DNA from: Macrostomum lignano
Lineage: Eukaryota
Direction: 5' to 3'
Assembly (NCBI GenBank): GCA_002269645.1
Contig: NIVC01000006.1
Span: forward strand, 496,001-560,000
Length of the DNA: 64,000 nt
In this document: piece by piece, positions 52,201-64,000 of the stretch
How the letters are laid out: every line of letters starts with the position of its first letter
Numbering within the stretch: the stretch's first letter is position 1
The notes under the pieces: generated by a model
Told to the model about the DNA's origin: nothing
What the model saw: only the letters and a program-made list of their open reading frames with translations
Databases searched by the model: none
Position numbers and translations under genes: made by a program

Positions 52201-53763
52201 CATTAACGCTACGGTTGCCGAGTTGACTCGAATACTCGAAATCGACATGGTTAGAATCACAGCGAGAAGACCACAGGCCAATGGCAAGGCCGAACGAGCT
52301 ATCCAAACGATCAAAACCAAAGTTCGGGCAGTGTGTGCTGATCGTAGAATAGGGTGGCCTTTGGCTGCTAAGCTTGTGGGGTTGTCGATCCGGACGACCG
52401 AATCCGAGTCTACCGGCTTCACGCCAGCAAAGTTGTTCTTCGGGAGAGAACTCGACATCCCCTTGGACCTCCAGTACAACCCACCACCAAGAGAATACTA
52501 TGATCCGGAATCTTACGCACACACCCTGCACAAAGCCCTGGTCGAAACATCGGCTACGGCTCGCGCTTTGCGGGGAAAGGCCCAGAGAAGACAAAAGCGC
52601 TACTATGACAGAGCCGTTTTTAAACCTAACTTTGAAGTAGGTGAGCTGGTCTGGGTTCGAAACCCGGATCACAGAGGCCTTGACCCAGCAGTTTGGTTGG
52701 GACCATACCGCGTAGTTCAGCAAATATCCGAGCGCAACTATCGGCTCCTGCCCGAATTTATTAGAGAAAATCCATTCATTCGAACTCCTAACCCGAGCCA
52801 CAACATTTATAATGTAGACAGAATCAAAAAATGCATACGCAAGCCGAACTATCAAGACACCATTGACCGTTTCGGTCTAAAAATAACTGCACGGTTGCCG
52901 GAATCTCGTGTGGGAAATTGTGACGAGGACTCGCCAGCCTCGGATTCCAGCTCGGACTCCGACATGGAAGAGCGTGGATTACCTTACTTCCCAGTTGCAG
53001 GGCTGGGATCGAACCAGGTGCAGTCCAGTGAGAACCAGGTGCAGTCCAGTGAGAACCAGGTGCAGTCCAGTGAGAACCAGATGCAGTCCAGTGAGAACCA
53101 GGTGCAGTCCAGTAAGAACCTGGTGCAGCCTGGTGAGAACCAGGTGCAGTCCAGTGAGAACCAGGTGCAGTCCAGTGAGAACCAGGTGCAGTCCAGTGAG
53201 AACCAGGTGCAGTCCAGTAAGAACCTGGTGCAGCCTGGTGAGAACCAGGTGCAGTCCGGCGAGAACCAGGTGCAGTCCAGTGAAAACGGTTGCAGCCCGG
53301 TGAGACTCCGGTGTGTACAGGTGGAACCCAAGGACAACCGGTTGAGGACCTTGGTCAGCCAGTTTTGGACCTGTTGCAACCCAGAACAGAGTCTGGAGAT
53401 TTTGTGCAGGAGCCAGATTTTTTAAGTGAAAAACACACTCAACACCGTGTGCCTGAAGTAGGTGGTAATAGTAGCACGAATCGACTCGAACAAGTCGAGG
53501 ATGGCCAGGTTCCTTCAATCGGTGCGGAGGTAGAGATAGTGGGAGATAGAGCGCGTGAGTTGCCTGGAACCGCCAGCCAAGGACAGAGGACGGAGCCAGC
53601 TGGCCAGCGTGAAACAGTGGAACCAGACCCATCGTTATCAGACAGAGTCAGTACTCGGGGTAGCATTTACACCACTCGAAGTGGCAGGGCGGTTCGGCCG
53701 CCAACCAGATTTTTGCAGGTGCTTGCCGGGTTTTGCCACCGCTCCAATTCCAACAGTCTTTGA
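49145..53763 (+). CDS. pol: Element B Pol (RT, RNase H, integrase, low-complexity tail) with apparent 1-nt deletions at about 49146-49149 and 53286
   Basis: RT WASPIVLVKKKD, LDLTSAYWQ, YLDD; RH DCDSSGLGVGGVL, RTDAVAL, NADILSR; INT H..CNHSG..CETC, VHVDHCGP, VSDNG, NGKAER, WLGPY. The tail in the next -1 frame (ORF 53290-53763) ends with YTTRSGRAVRPPTRF, a typical integrase C-terminal motif. Confidence 0.93.
53011..53285 (+). repeat. 21-bp in-frame repeat encoding (NQVQSSE)n in the integrase tail of element B
   Basis: AACCAGGTGCAGTCCAGTGAG, about 13 copies. Confidence 0.95.
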
Positions 53764-54326
53764 TTTCCTTCTCTTTCCCTCCATTCGTTGTGTTGTCTCG
53801 CTTTGTTCTCTTCTTCCTTTTCTGTTCTTTGTTTTCCGTGCCAGTGCCAAGTTAGCCCTGAGTCTGCCGGTTGCGTTGCCGCCGGTGGGTTGTGTGTGTG
53901 TGGGGCGGCGTCCCGTCCGTGTGTTGGCTGGGTGAGCTCTGCTGCGCAGTTCGAATTGAAGTTCGTGCATTCCGATCCGTGGTGACGTTATTTTCGGTTC
54001 TGTGATTTGCTTTTGTCACTTAGCTCTCGGTTTCAGTTGTAATTATTAATTGTTATTTTACGTCCTTGCTTATAAAAGTCTCAGTGATGCAATATTTTAA
54101 TCCGTGCTAGTTACAGAATGTTACTTAAGGTCTTTTAAATCCCATGCAATATGCTCAATGACTTCTCAACATTCGTATACTTTCGGTGACGTCTACTTTG
54201 AATATTTCGTTCACTCCGTTCGTGTTCCCATTTTTGTGTCATTCAATTTCTGTTCGATGTGTTCGGTTAATAACGCTAATCATGTTAATAATATTTCATG
54301 TAGTTTACTGCCAATAGGCTCGTTTT

Positions 54327-54340
54327 GGAAGGGAGGCGAG
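54327..54340 (+). promoter_or_regulatory. Polypurine tract of element B
   Basis: GGAAGGGAGGCGAG abutting the 3' LTR. Confidence 0.85.
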
Positions 54341-54761
54341 TGTAACGGTTTGGAAATTCTGTAATTCAAATCTAGTTTATTTACATGGTGTATTTTAACT
54401 TTATTCAAATCCTTAGCTGTTTAGATTACGTGCGTAATTTATTCTAGGGTTTAATATTACGTATTTTGTTAATTTGGTTTCCGTTTCCAAGAAATGCGAC
54501 TCATAATTTTAACATGTAAGTTCTAGTCTTTTTCTGTAAGCGTGTGGCAGCCTGGGACGTAGATCAACCTAGCATGTACGTGAGATACAATAATTATAAT
54601 CAGAGCCGATCACCAGTGTACGCATTCATACTAAGACAGTAAGATTTCTTATGCTCCGAGTATAGTAAATCGTCCAGGACTGACAGACGTATCTGCTGAA
54701 CCATATACGTTGCTAATACTCTCTCTTCGCTAGTAATATTAAATATACCGGACTCGTTACA
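54341..54761 (+). repeat. 3' LTR of element B (421 bp)
   Basis: Matches 46419-46840 except ATAT versus AAAT and a 1-nt indel near the 3' end. Confidence 0.97.
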
Positions 54762-55611
54762 GTACGTCGTGCATAAATTGTATAAGAATCTCTAAATTTT
54801 GGTTAATAAAGCTCCTTCCAAAAATCAATGAAGAATGAAACAATTTTGCTATCAAGAAGTCAATTGTGAAATGCTCATATCGATCCGTAGCGTCTTCTGT
54901 AATTTATACAAGCCCCCCCAGTTGTGCAAGTATAGTCACAACCAGAAGTATATATAGACGTAGAGAAATTTCTATGCTCTTACGCAAAAATTTGATTTTT
55001 TGGCTGGTTATAAAGGCGCCGCTGCCTGTAACTTCAGCTGATGTGAATGAGAATTATGAAGCTTGAAACGCTAGATATAAATCTTTTTTAAGAATATTTA
55101 GCTTTTGTAACCTATCGTAAATAACTATTAAAAATACTTCTGCATTAAAATTCTTGTAAATTGCTTCGTCAATACGCTTAAGCCTTTGTTTTCATTTTAA
55201 TTTCAAAGAAGCAATTACGATTTAACTGAGAAAATGTTAAGCGATTTATGTTTCCACAAGGTGGGCAGCATGACCTGCGTGGCCAGGCATTGCACGGCTG
55301 TATATTATATATTGCAGTTCTATGTTAAACTTAGGCACAAAACGACTTGTCATTTTTTAAATTGAGGCAGCAACCCTTTGGCTTTATAGGGCAAATCATT
55401 GTGTCTTTGCATAAATAAATGTAAAGTTTTAAAGCTAAATAGTACTAGGCCTATGTCTATGATTTAGAGATGGGGTGGTTTTAGTCCAAACTATTATTTA
55501 CCAAGTCTGAGTGTCTTTCGTTATTTCTCCAAGCATGCTAGGGGCCTATATAGTTACAGGATAAATGCTAATATTGACAGCTTTAGAGTAGGCCTAGGCC
55601 TAGCCTGAAAA

Positions 55612-55745
55612 TCATAGAAGCGTCATGTAAACAATCATTGAAGCGTCATGTAAACAATCATAGAAGCGTCATGTAAACAATCATAGAAGCGTCATGTAAA
55701 TAATCATAGAAGTGTCATGTAAAAAGTCATAGAAGCGTCTTGAAA
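55612..55745. repeat. 23-bp minisatellite AAGCGTCATGTAAACAATCATAG
   Basis: About 5-6 copies, degenerating rightwards. Confidence 0.85.
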
Positions 55746-57047
55746 AAATTTAAATACTAATGAAAGTGTCATTTAAAAAATTAAGAAGCATCATGGTAGA
55801 ATAAAAAAGTGTCATGTCAGACATGAAGGGTGTCATGTAAAAATTAAATAAAGCTATAGTGCTGTGCTGGGGAGAAAAACTGAGACGTCAAGGCTCACAG
55901 AGTATAACTAAGATTACGGGGGGGGGGGTTTCTGAGATGTCAAAGCAAAAGTCAAAAGCTACTTCAAAGTTCATGTACTTTACTCAATTTTTTATTACAT
56001 TCTTTGTTGGCTCGCCACGGGGGGCGCTGATAGAAGAAGAGTCATGTAAAAAATAAAAGTAGCACTATGTATACATAAAAGAAAAGTCATGTCAAAGTTA
56101 AAATATTCATTTGGGAATTGCTACAATGTCAAAGCTTGGTGGAAATTGTTATAGTGCTGTGATTCTTAAAGAAGGAATCACTAAAATTTCAAGGCTTAGG
56201 GGAGAAAAATTGCTAAGATTTCAAGGCTTTAGGTTGGGTTAAAGTTAGGTTTAGGTCTGGTGTGGGTTAAGGGTTATATTTTATTGGGTTTCAAGGTTAA
56301 CAGTGGATTTTTTAGATTTCAAGGTTTATAGGGGCCATCGCTGACATGTCAAGGCTTATGGGTGGAATAGTTGAGATGTCAAGGCTCACAGGCCATATTG
56401 CAGAAGGTTTTCTGTGTATGCTAGACACATTTTTTATTGAATTTTTAATTGTACGCCAACAGATTTTAAATGTACGCCAACTTAAAAAATGGTAAAAAAA
56501 TCAACAAATATTTAAATTTAAATTTAAACTACAAAAAATTGATAACAACATGACAATTGTCGTGACAACTCCGGTAATTCAAATGATTGGTAAATGAAAA
56601 AATAGTAGCAGAAAAAATGGTTTTTAAAATAATTTAACACAGAAAAAGCACAAAAAATTATTTATATTAATTTCTACACCAGTCGTCATACACCACACTG
56701 TAGACCACACTGTACACAGCCAAAAAATGTACACTGGTGTACGCCGGAATTTTCTGGCATATACCCTACCATTTGCAAAATGGCTCACGGGGGTATAAAT
56801 GAGATTTCAAGGCTAAAGTCAGAAGCTACATGTAGTTTATTGAAACTTTTTATTACATTATTTGATGCCTCCTCAGGGGAGGGATCGCTGATAAAAAAAG
56901 CGTTATGTAAAAAATAAAAGAAGCTTCATGTCAAAGTTAAGAGATTCATTTGGGAATCCCTACAATGTCGAGGCTTGCAGGGAATCGCTATAATGCTGTA
57001 ATAGTGCTATAATGACTCTTAGAGAGAATTACTGAAATTTCAATGCT

Positions 57048-57107
57048 TTAGGGTTAGGTTAGGGTTAGGGTTAGGGTTATGGTAGGGTTAGGCTAGGGTT
57101 AGGGTTA
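57048..57107 (+). repeat. Interstitial (TTAGGG)n telomere-like tract
   Basis: TTAGGGTTAGGTTAGGGTTAGGGTTAGGGTTATGGTAGGGTTAGGCTAGGGTTAGGGTTAG. Confidence 0.75.
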
Positions 57108-57942
57108 GAAGGTTGATAGATATTTTTAGATTTATTGGGGGCATTGCTGAGATGTCAAGGGGGGAAGTTGATATGTTAAAGCTTGTGGGGGGGGGGAATT
57201 ACTGACATGTCAAGGCTTACAAGGTTTGACAAGAGATTTTTTAAGATTTCAAGGATACATGTAGCTTATTAAAAAAATGTGTATTGCATTTCTTTGGCTC
57301 CCCAATGGGGGGGCGTAGATTGCTGGTATAGGCTAAATTTTATATATATATTATCATAAGTACTATTCTTCCTGTACAAATTCACAATTGTAGCCAGATC
57401 TGAGATCTCTATTCTCAATCAACTTATTCTCAATCTCAATTTTTTTATAAAATTCCTACCCAATCTTGCTCAAAAACAAAAATCTGATCTCAGTTGGACT
57501 CCAGACATGGCTATAGATATGGTCTATGGATATAGAAAAAATAGTTTATGGTGGTAATGAATACCCAATAAATTTTTATTGTCAAATGTACATTTCTGCT
57601 TTTTAGTCTAGTCAATCTATATGACAATTTTAAATTCATTTTTTGTTTTATCTATATACTTCTAATAATTTAAGGCTCAAAACTATAGTATAGAAACTTA
57701 TAGGCAAAGCTCTAGTTTTCTATAGTTATAAGTAGCCATAAAGTAGTTGCTTTTTATAGACATATCCATAGCTTTTGTACATGCAGGTACCCATTTGGTG
57801 TAATAATATACTTTTACTCTGTGCTTTAGGATCTAACTTGGATATTGTACACGTTTTGAGTTTGCGATTGTTTCTATCCTTACAGCGCTCAACCCCAGCC
57901 ATAGCCAAGTCTATAAATCAAACAGAATAAATCCTTTCCAAA

Positions 57943-60900
57943 ATGCTGCCCTCGCAACAGCGCCGGCAAATCATCGTCCGCGCCACCCCGGCCTATTTGC
58001 CGGGGCCTTCGTCCAGTCAGCAGCAGCAGCAGCAACAGCAGCAGCCAGTCGTGACCTTCGCTGCAGTCTCTTCAACGCCCAGCATCTCGATGATGTCCCT
58101 AGCAACGGCTGGCACTCTGCCGTCGACTTTAGCGTCATCTTCCTCTACGTCGGCTGCTGCATCTTCGGCGGCGGCGGCGGCTGCTGCCGCGGCGAAGCGT
58201 CGACGAATCGCTGGCCCGTCAGCGGCGACAGCCTCGCATCAGCTGTCTGACCGCGCCATCCGGCTGGCGCCAGAATGCGGCGCCCATCGGGAGCTGTCGC
58301 GGCTGGAGCAGCGGCTGGACGAGGCGATCCTGGCCAGGCGGCTGGCTCTGCACGAGGCGCAGCGGCGGCAGGGGCAGCCGAGACCGAAGCGGCGGTTCCG
58401 GCTGCAACTGAGCAGCCATTTTGGCGCCTACGGTCCGGCTGGCGAGCAGGGCTGGGAGCTGCGGATTGAAGGTAGCTGAGCTGTGTGCGATTGTGAGATT
58501 ATCCAAGCTGAGTAGACAGCCATTGTTATCAGACAACTGTAGGCTGATTGCAACACAAAATATGAACAGTTCCACATTTACTTGTTGTCTGACAGATATG
58601 AGACCCACTGACACTGAAGCCTGACAGATATGAGACCCACTGACACTGAAGCCTGACAGATATGAGACCCACTGACACTGAAGCCTGACAGATATGAGAC
58701 CCACTGACACTAAAGCCTGACAGATGTGAGACCCACAGAGATCTGACAGATGTGATACATGAGATCCACTGAGATCTTGATATGAGACCCACTGAGATCT
58801 TGATATGAGACCCACTGACACTGAAGCCTGACAGATGTGAGACCCACTGAGATCTGACAGATATGAGACCCACTGAGATCTTGATATGAGACCCACTGAC
58901 ACTGAAGCCTGACAGATGTGAGACCCACTGACACTGAAGCCTGACAGATGTGAGACCCACTGACACTGAAGTCTGACAGATATGAGACCCACTGACACTA
59001 AAGCCTGACAGATATGAGACCCACTGACACTGAAGCCTGACAGATATAAGACCCACTGACACTGAAGCCTGACAGATGTGAGACCCACTGACACTGAAGT
59101 CTGACAGATATGAGACCCACTGACACTAAAGCCTGACAGATATGAGACCCACTGACACTGAAGCCTGACAGATATGAGACCCACTGACACTGAAGCCTGA
59201 CAGATATGAGACGCACTGAGATCTGACAGATATGAGACCCACTGACACTGAAGCAGTGTTGCCAATCACACATTGGAGAAAAAATTCGCAGGCGCATGAA
59301 AATTCGCAGGGTCTTTTCACAGTACACACTGAAGGCTAGAATGCAACAATAACTGCTTTGAACGCAACTTCAGATATCCATTATTCAGAAAATGTTTTTA
59401 TCTGATTCCTTGATGAAATTTCGTCACTGTATTTCAATTTTTAAAAAGTTCTAGCAGGGGCAGGGGCACCACGGTACCAGTATTATGTTATTTACTCTTA
59501 GTAGCCTTTATGATGTCTATGACTCTATGTACTGATAAAATTTATCAAAGAAATTCATTGCAGACCAAAATTAGATTTAAAAAACTTTAAAAATTTGATT
59601 GTAACTTAGTTTTTAATTGAAAAGTGACAGGAATTTACATATTTTACCGGGTTGTGGCAGTAATCAGCAGTCACATGTCTAGGGCCGCTAACAGTACGCA
59701 TTGAAATTTCCAATAACTTTTTTAAATAACAAAACAGTAATAGAAACTTACCAAACAATATATGACGCTTATATTATAGAGAAAAGGTTAAGCACAGTTT
59801 GCAAGCTAGTAAAATGACAGTAGAAATTACTCTTTTTAAAACATTGTGCTGGCTTCATAAGAGCTTCATAAGAATTAGCATAGATCGTCTTTACTCTTTA
59901 GTACGGCCATACTTGAGGCAAATAATCTCATATTCAAGTCTCACTAGTCATTACTAAAATGTTTTAGTGCATTTGATTACAGTATTATAAAAACTTATGC
60001 AATCACAATTGCAAGTGGCGAGTAGCGACTCTTTCTGTTTGCTTTACAGCCTGCTAGTATCGTGCTAGTATTGTGCTTATCGTGTCAGGTTTTCTTTGAC
60101 ACTTTTGGCAGGCGGGCCATCACTGCAAGTTCAGATTGGCGCTTTCCTCTGCTGCACTTCTCATAGCACTCTCCAGTCGCCTAGTCTCAAGACTGGATAG
60201 GCGAGCCGTCGACTGTGTCTCCTCCGCCTGTGCCTTGCGCAAGTGGTCCGGTGCGCGCTGCACCTGCCGCTCGGCCTCGATGCAACGCTGAGCCGCTTCG
60301 CTTTTCTTCTGCTGTTCTGTCTTCTGCTTGCCGGCCAGCTGCTGAAGCTCAGTGCTTCGAATGCCGTCCTAAAAAAATAGACTGAAGACGACAGCTTAGG
60401 TTCGATGGATATAAAGTGTCATAAAGCTTTAGAGTAGATAATACGATAGAAAATATTACAAACCTGTGCTGTCTTGCTTCGGATTCGCTTCTCCTCGTCT
60501 GCAAGGCGCTGAAGTTCTTCAGCCTTTTTGCGTCTCTTCTGCTCAGCCAGGTAGTCTTGGTACTCAGCCCGGGCCTTCAATGCTGACTTAAACAATGTGT
60601 CGGGTACAGGGACTGTTGCTGGCGTCAGGCCCCTGGCACTGAGATAGCTCTTTGCCAGCTAAAAGTGAATTCACTCTTGTTGTATCTGCCAACCGGTTGC
60701 GCTTTTCCTGGGCATCAATGTCGTGGGACTTTCCGATGAAGCGTTCACAGTCCGCGTTTCCATGAAAGAGTGTGCAGCATTCAGCAAGCAAGGCCCAGGC
60801 GCCCCAGAAGGGGAAACTCAGTTGACTGCGCAATCGAGTACCATTCCCTGGCCAAATCCTTAGATCGCGCCGCATCCGTGGTTCCAGCAGAGTTAGTTGA

Positions 60901-63610
60901 CATCATGTTAAAATAACGTACCTCCGTTGTCAGCTGATCCAGCTCAGCCGTTGGAATCACATTGGGCAGGTTCTTGGCTACAAACTGGACCTTCTTCTCT
61001 CCGATAGAAGTCGATGTGTCCAGAAATGTCAGGCTACGTAACATTCTAGATTGAAACGGCAGGTTCATCTGTAGGTAGGTCGCGAGATCGAGCAGCACCT
61101 TCTTGAGGACGATAAGCTGAGGCCTGGGACTCTGACCCTCACCCAGCAGCTTCTTGGTGTCCGAACCGACGCCGATTTTCTCCAACGGAAGGTGAACGGT
61201 AGCACTCTGGAAGTCGATTCGACTGCTGCACGAATTGTACATCAATGGACTCCAACAGTTAAATGTGCTGCTTGTGGATTTCATGAACGAGCACAGTGTT
61301 GCCCTGCTAAAACTTCATCTCGTACTTCTGTAGAAGGCGCAGGACATAAATGGCGAAACTAATTGCCGATCGAGTCGTCGCGTCCTACAGAGCTTTCCTG
61401 ATGCGCTGGATTCGAGCGTTGGATGCAGCCGGAGCATCGTGAGCATCTCGACCAATCTGTTCTACAAAGTACTCGTATGTCACCAGCACACTCCACTGCT
61501 GCTGGAGTCGCTCGAGGCAGGGCAGCAGCACCAACCAGTGCGTTAGCACATTACGGAGGAATTTAAGTGTGACCACGTTCAGCACCTCTTAAAAGGCTTT
61601 GAACTCCTTCGTCCGCTTTGGGCCCTTGGAAAAGCAGGCGTGAATGTCTTCACACAGAGATGCAATGGAGGACAAATGCGTATCGATGGTATAGCGAGTA
61701 CCATTCGCCACAACATGCAGGGTGCAGCCACCAACATCAACAAGATGCTTCAGCTCAGGCTCTGATCTCGGATACTTGACTACTCCGAAGTGCATTCCTT
61801 GCATCACGTTGCAGTTATCTGAAAAGTCACCAATCTGCTTGTGGTATGACAAGCCGTGGTTCTGGATGCACTGGCGAATCACAGTTGAACAGCTTTCAAC
61901 GTCGAAGGCATTTATGGTGACCATATCCAGCATCTCCGTGACTACCTGTCCATCGCTCACGTACCTGATACAGATCATCCTGCGTCCATCACTTTCATCG
62001 AAACTCACGGAGTAGAATCCTCGTTGACGTACGGCGCGATCGCATGGTTGAGTAAGTAGGCCTGCTTAGTTCTTCCACACTTGAACGTCTTAACAATTTT
62101 AGAGTCAGAAAACATGGTAAGGAACAAGCTGGCAGCTTTGTCTTCGCCTGAAAATGACTTTGAGTTATAAGCTGCTTGCCAGGTCTAAACGAATTCAGCT
62201 TTAGTAGTGGCACATTGAAGGAGATCATCGCCTGTTGTGCGAGGCTGCCGGTCCACGAACTGGTCCAGAGTCTGCCCTGAGCATGCTAGCCACGTTGCTG
62301 ATGTGTTTGGCTGTCTTTATGTGGGTTTTAACCACAGACACTCCTCCCAATACAACGTTCAGTTTGACATGACAGGCTGCACAGAACCCCTCATGGTCAC
62401 AAGATCCAAGGTCGCAACCATTTACTTGCATTTAACTGCTCTACCCATCTTGGATCATATACTGTGCAGTGTGTCATTATGCTTGTTAGAATGCTGAAAG
62501 AGGTGGTGGCCGGCAGTAGACCTTAATCCTTCATTAAATAGTATATGCCTGCGGTTAAATTTTTTTTCGTGCAGCATAATGCCTCAAAGACTTAAGTGAT
62601 AAGTAAACATGTATCCTAGCATAGGAGATAATAACTTAATAAGCTTAATAGACTTAAAACTGATAAATATACTTTTATCCTACCATAAAAGACATTAGAG
62701 AGAGGGGAGGGAAAAGTAATAGAAATAAAGAAAGCGGGATCGAGAGACCGAGCGATGAAAGGAAAGTATGAAAGATAAATGACCATTTCCATTTCCATGA
62801 CTCTTTCATACAGAGAAGCAATGACAAAAATGAGAAAGTTTTGAGTACGCAGACTCTGGAAGTCGCTATACGAGGAACTCGTAACTGTTAGGCATAAACT
62901 AATGCTAGATGTGATCAAACTCAATTGAAAACTTGGAACGGTCACGGTCACGCTAAGCTCGCAAATCTGACGGAGCATTAAAGGCTAAAGCCAGAAGCGA
63001 TAAATGGACAGTTGCTTCGTATTTCTAGAGAATAAACATTAACGCAAGCTATGCTTCTACAAGTCACTGCCATTTAGTTTATATTTAAAAGGTTACAGAG
63101 CACAAAAGTAAAAATCAATAAGAACTACTGTATGCACTTAAAAATTCGCTGAAAAGCTCGAAATCTTGAGAAAAATTTCGGAGTGGCAACACTGCGACTG
63201 AAGCCGCAGTTCACTTCATTTAAGCCTCGAACTTGACCTAATAGAATTACAATAATTTTAGTAACTTTTCGGGGCAATTATGATAAATTTTGCTCTAAGA
63301 AGAACTCACTAAATAACTCAATAATTCCCAAGGTCGCGCTTTGGACGACGCGTCGCCCTTAACGACCAGCTCAGGCGGGCTGACCACCAGCTCATCGACT
63401 GTGTCGGCTGCGTCGCTGCTTCATTCCGGACAGTCTGGCGCCGGCCTGTCGCACGACCAGTCCACTCTGGGCGGGCCCAATGGCAGGCGTCGGTTTACCA
63501 GCTATCTAAACAGCCTGGTGGTTGAGCTGGACCGGGGCTTGTATGGGCCTGATCAGCATCTGGCTGAGTGGAACAGGGCTGAGGGTTTGCCCGACACGGA
63601 TGGCTTCGTG
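57943..63610 (+). CDS. SMARCD: SWI/SNF subunit SMARCD/BAF60 (Swp73), first two coding exons; gene continues beyond the window
   Basis: Exons 57943-58471 and 63333-63610 (phase 1). RLAPECGAHRELSRLEQRLDEAILARRLALHEA..KRRFRLQLS..WELRIEG-RAL, then RRFTSYLNSLVVELDRGLYGPDQHLAEWNR..TDGF. Confidence 0.92.
58586..59253. repeat. 32-bp minisatellite CTGACAGATATGAGACCCACTGACACTGAAGC
   Basis: About 20 copies with shortened variant units; ends at the hAT TIR. Confidence 0.93.
59254..63194 (-). mobile_element. hAT-superfamily DNA transposon (3.9 kb), antisense in the SMARCD intron
   Basis: 11-bp TIRs CAGTGTTGCCA / TGGCAACACTG; imperfect TSD (CACTGAAG at left, CGACTGAAG at right); internal transposase remnant. 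Confidence 0.85.
60120..62477 (-). pseudogene. Degraded hAT transposase
   Basis: N-terminal BED-like finger (FCAACHVKL..KTHIKTAKH), SFDES, FSDNCNVMQG, CTLHVV, THWLVLLPCLERLQQQW, dimerisation region FPLLGRLGLACL..NADCERF. In-frame stop (KAF*EV at 61589), several frame changes, at least one apparent intron (about 60370-60463). Confidence 0.82.
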
Positions 63611-63844
63611 GTGAGTGTTTTTCTGGTGCCCGTGTAGAAGTCAGAGCGAGTGAATCCTTGGAAGTAGCGAGTACTTAGCGGGAAAACCACCGATGAAATC
63701 AACTTTTTTTACACGGTAGCGCGTTTTTGCCAATTTTGTGACTCGCTACCAAAAAAACGCGCTGGCTCACGGTCAAATACGCGGTGGTTTTCACGGTGAG
63801 AGCTCTCTCGCTGCTTGACTCGGTGGACAACTCGCTAGCCGCTT

Positions 63845-64000
63845 CACTCACTCGCTCATTCTCTCGCTAATTCTCTCGCTACTGTTACTCGCTCATTCTC
63901 TCGCTACTGTTACTCGCTCATTCTCTCGCTACTGTTACTCGCTCATTCTCTCGCTACTGTTACTCGCTCATTCTCTCGCTACTGTTACTCGCTCATTCTC
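63845..64000. repeat. 25-bp minisatellite TCGCTCATTCTCTCGCTACTGTTAC
   Basis: About 5-6 copies running off the window end. Confidence 0.9.

Larger units (their letters stand above)
46419..54761 (+). mobile_element. Full-length Ty3/Gypsy LTR retrotransposon B (8343 bp) with a cold-shock domain in its polyprotein
   Basis: LTRs 46419-46840 and 54341-54761 (differences seen: one substitution and one 1-nt indel); GTAC TSD (46415-46418, 54762-54765); PBS, PPT; gag-CCHC-CSD-PR-RT-RH-INT. Confidence 0.97.

Noticed and set aside
53290-54326. Possible env-like third ORF in element B
   Set aside because: ORF 53290-53763 is best explained as the frameshifted integrase tail (RSGR..RPP); the other ORFs are short, with no signal peptide, furin site and TM arrangement.
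58219-59329. Long minus-strand SVGLISVRLQCQW ORFs
   Set aside because: Translation of the 32-bp intronic minisatellite.

Overview
Eukaryotic (metazoan) genomic DNA, not prokaryotic: short GC-rich exons with GT-AG introns, and almost every intron swollen by its own mini/microsatellite. The style suggests a free-living flatworm such as Macrostomum, which is an inference only. Host genes reconstructed by hand: an HPS3-like BLOC-2 subunit (minus, 672-17404, about 12 exons); ceramide transfer protein CERT (plus, 19728-23946; PH, Ser-rich, coiled coil, FFAT, START); a tandem PH-less CERT-like FFAT+START copy (27240-30557) sharing a near-identical 381-bp tract with CERT; a 10-exon transglutaminase (minus, 32529-38537); an unrecognised 2-exon membrane-protein gene (minus, 42188-44012); and the first two exons of SMARCD/BAF60 (plus, 57943-63610). 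Mobile DNA: two full-length, very young Ty3/Gypsy LTR retrotransposons of different families (6481-11439 minus; 46419-54761 plus), both flanked by a GTAC target-site duplication; a decayed hAT transposon in the SMARCD intron; several MITEs; and a probable tRNA-derived SINE. The most unusual observation is an intact-looking cold-shock domain inserted in frame between the Gag zinc knuckle and the protease of the second retrotransposon, giving a CCHC+CSD (Lin28-like domain set, reversed order) RNA-binding module inside a Gag-Pol polyprotein. All coordinates, splice sites and family assignments were read by eye; no database searches were run.
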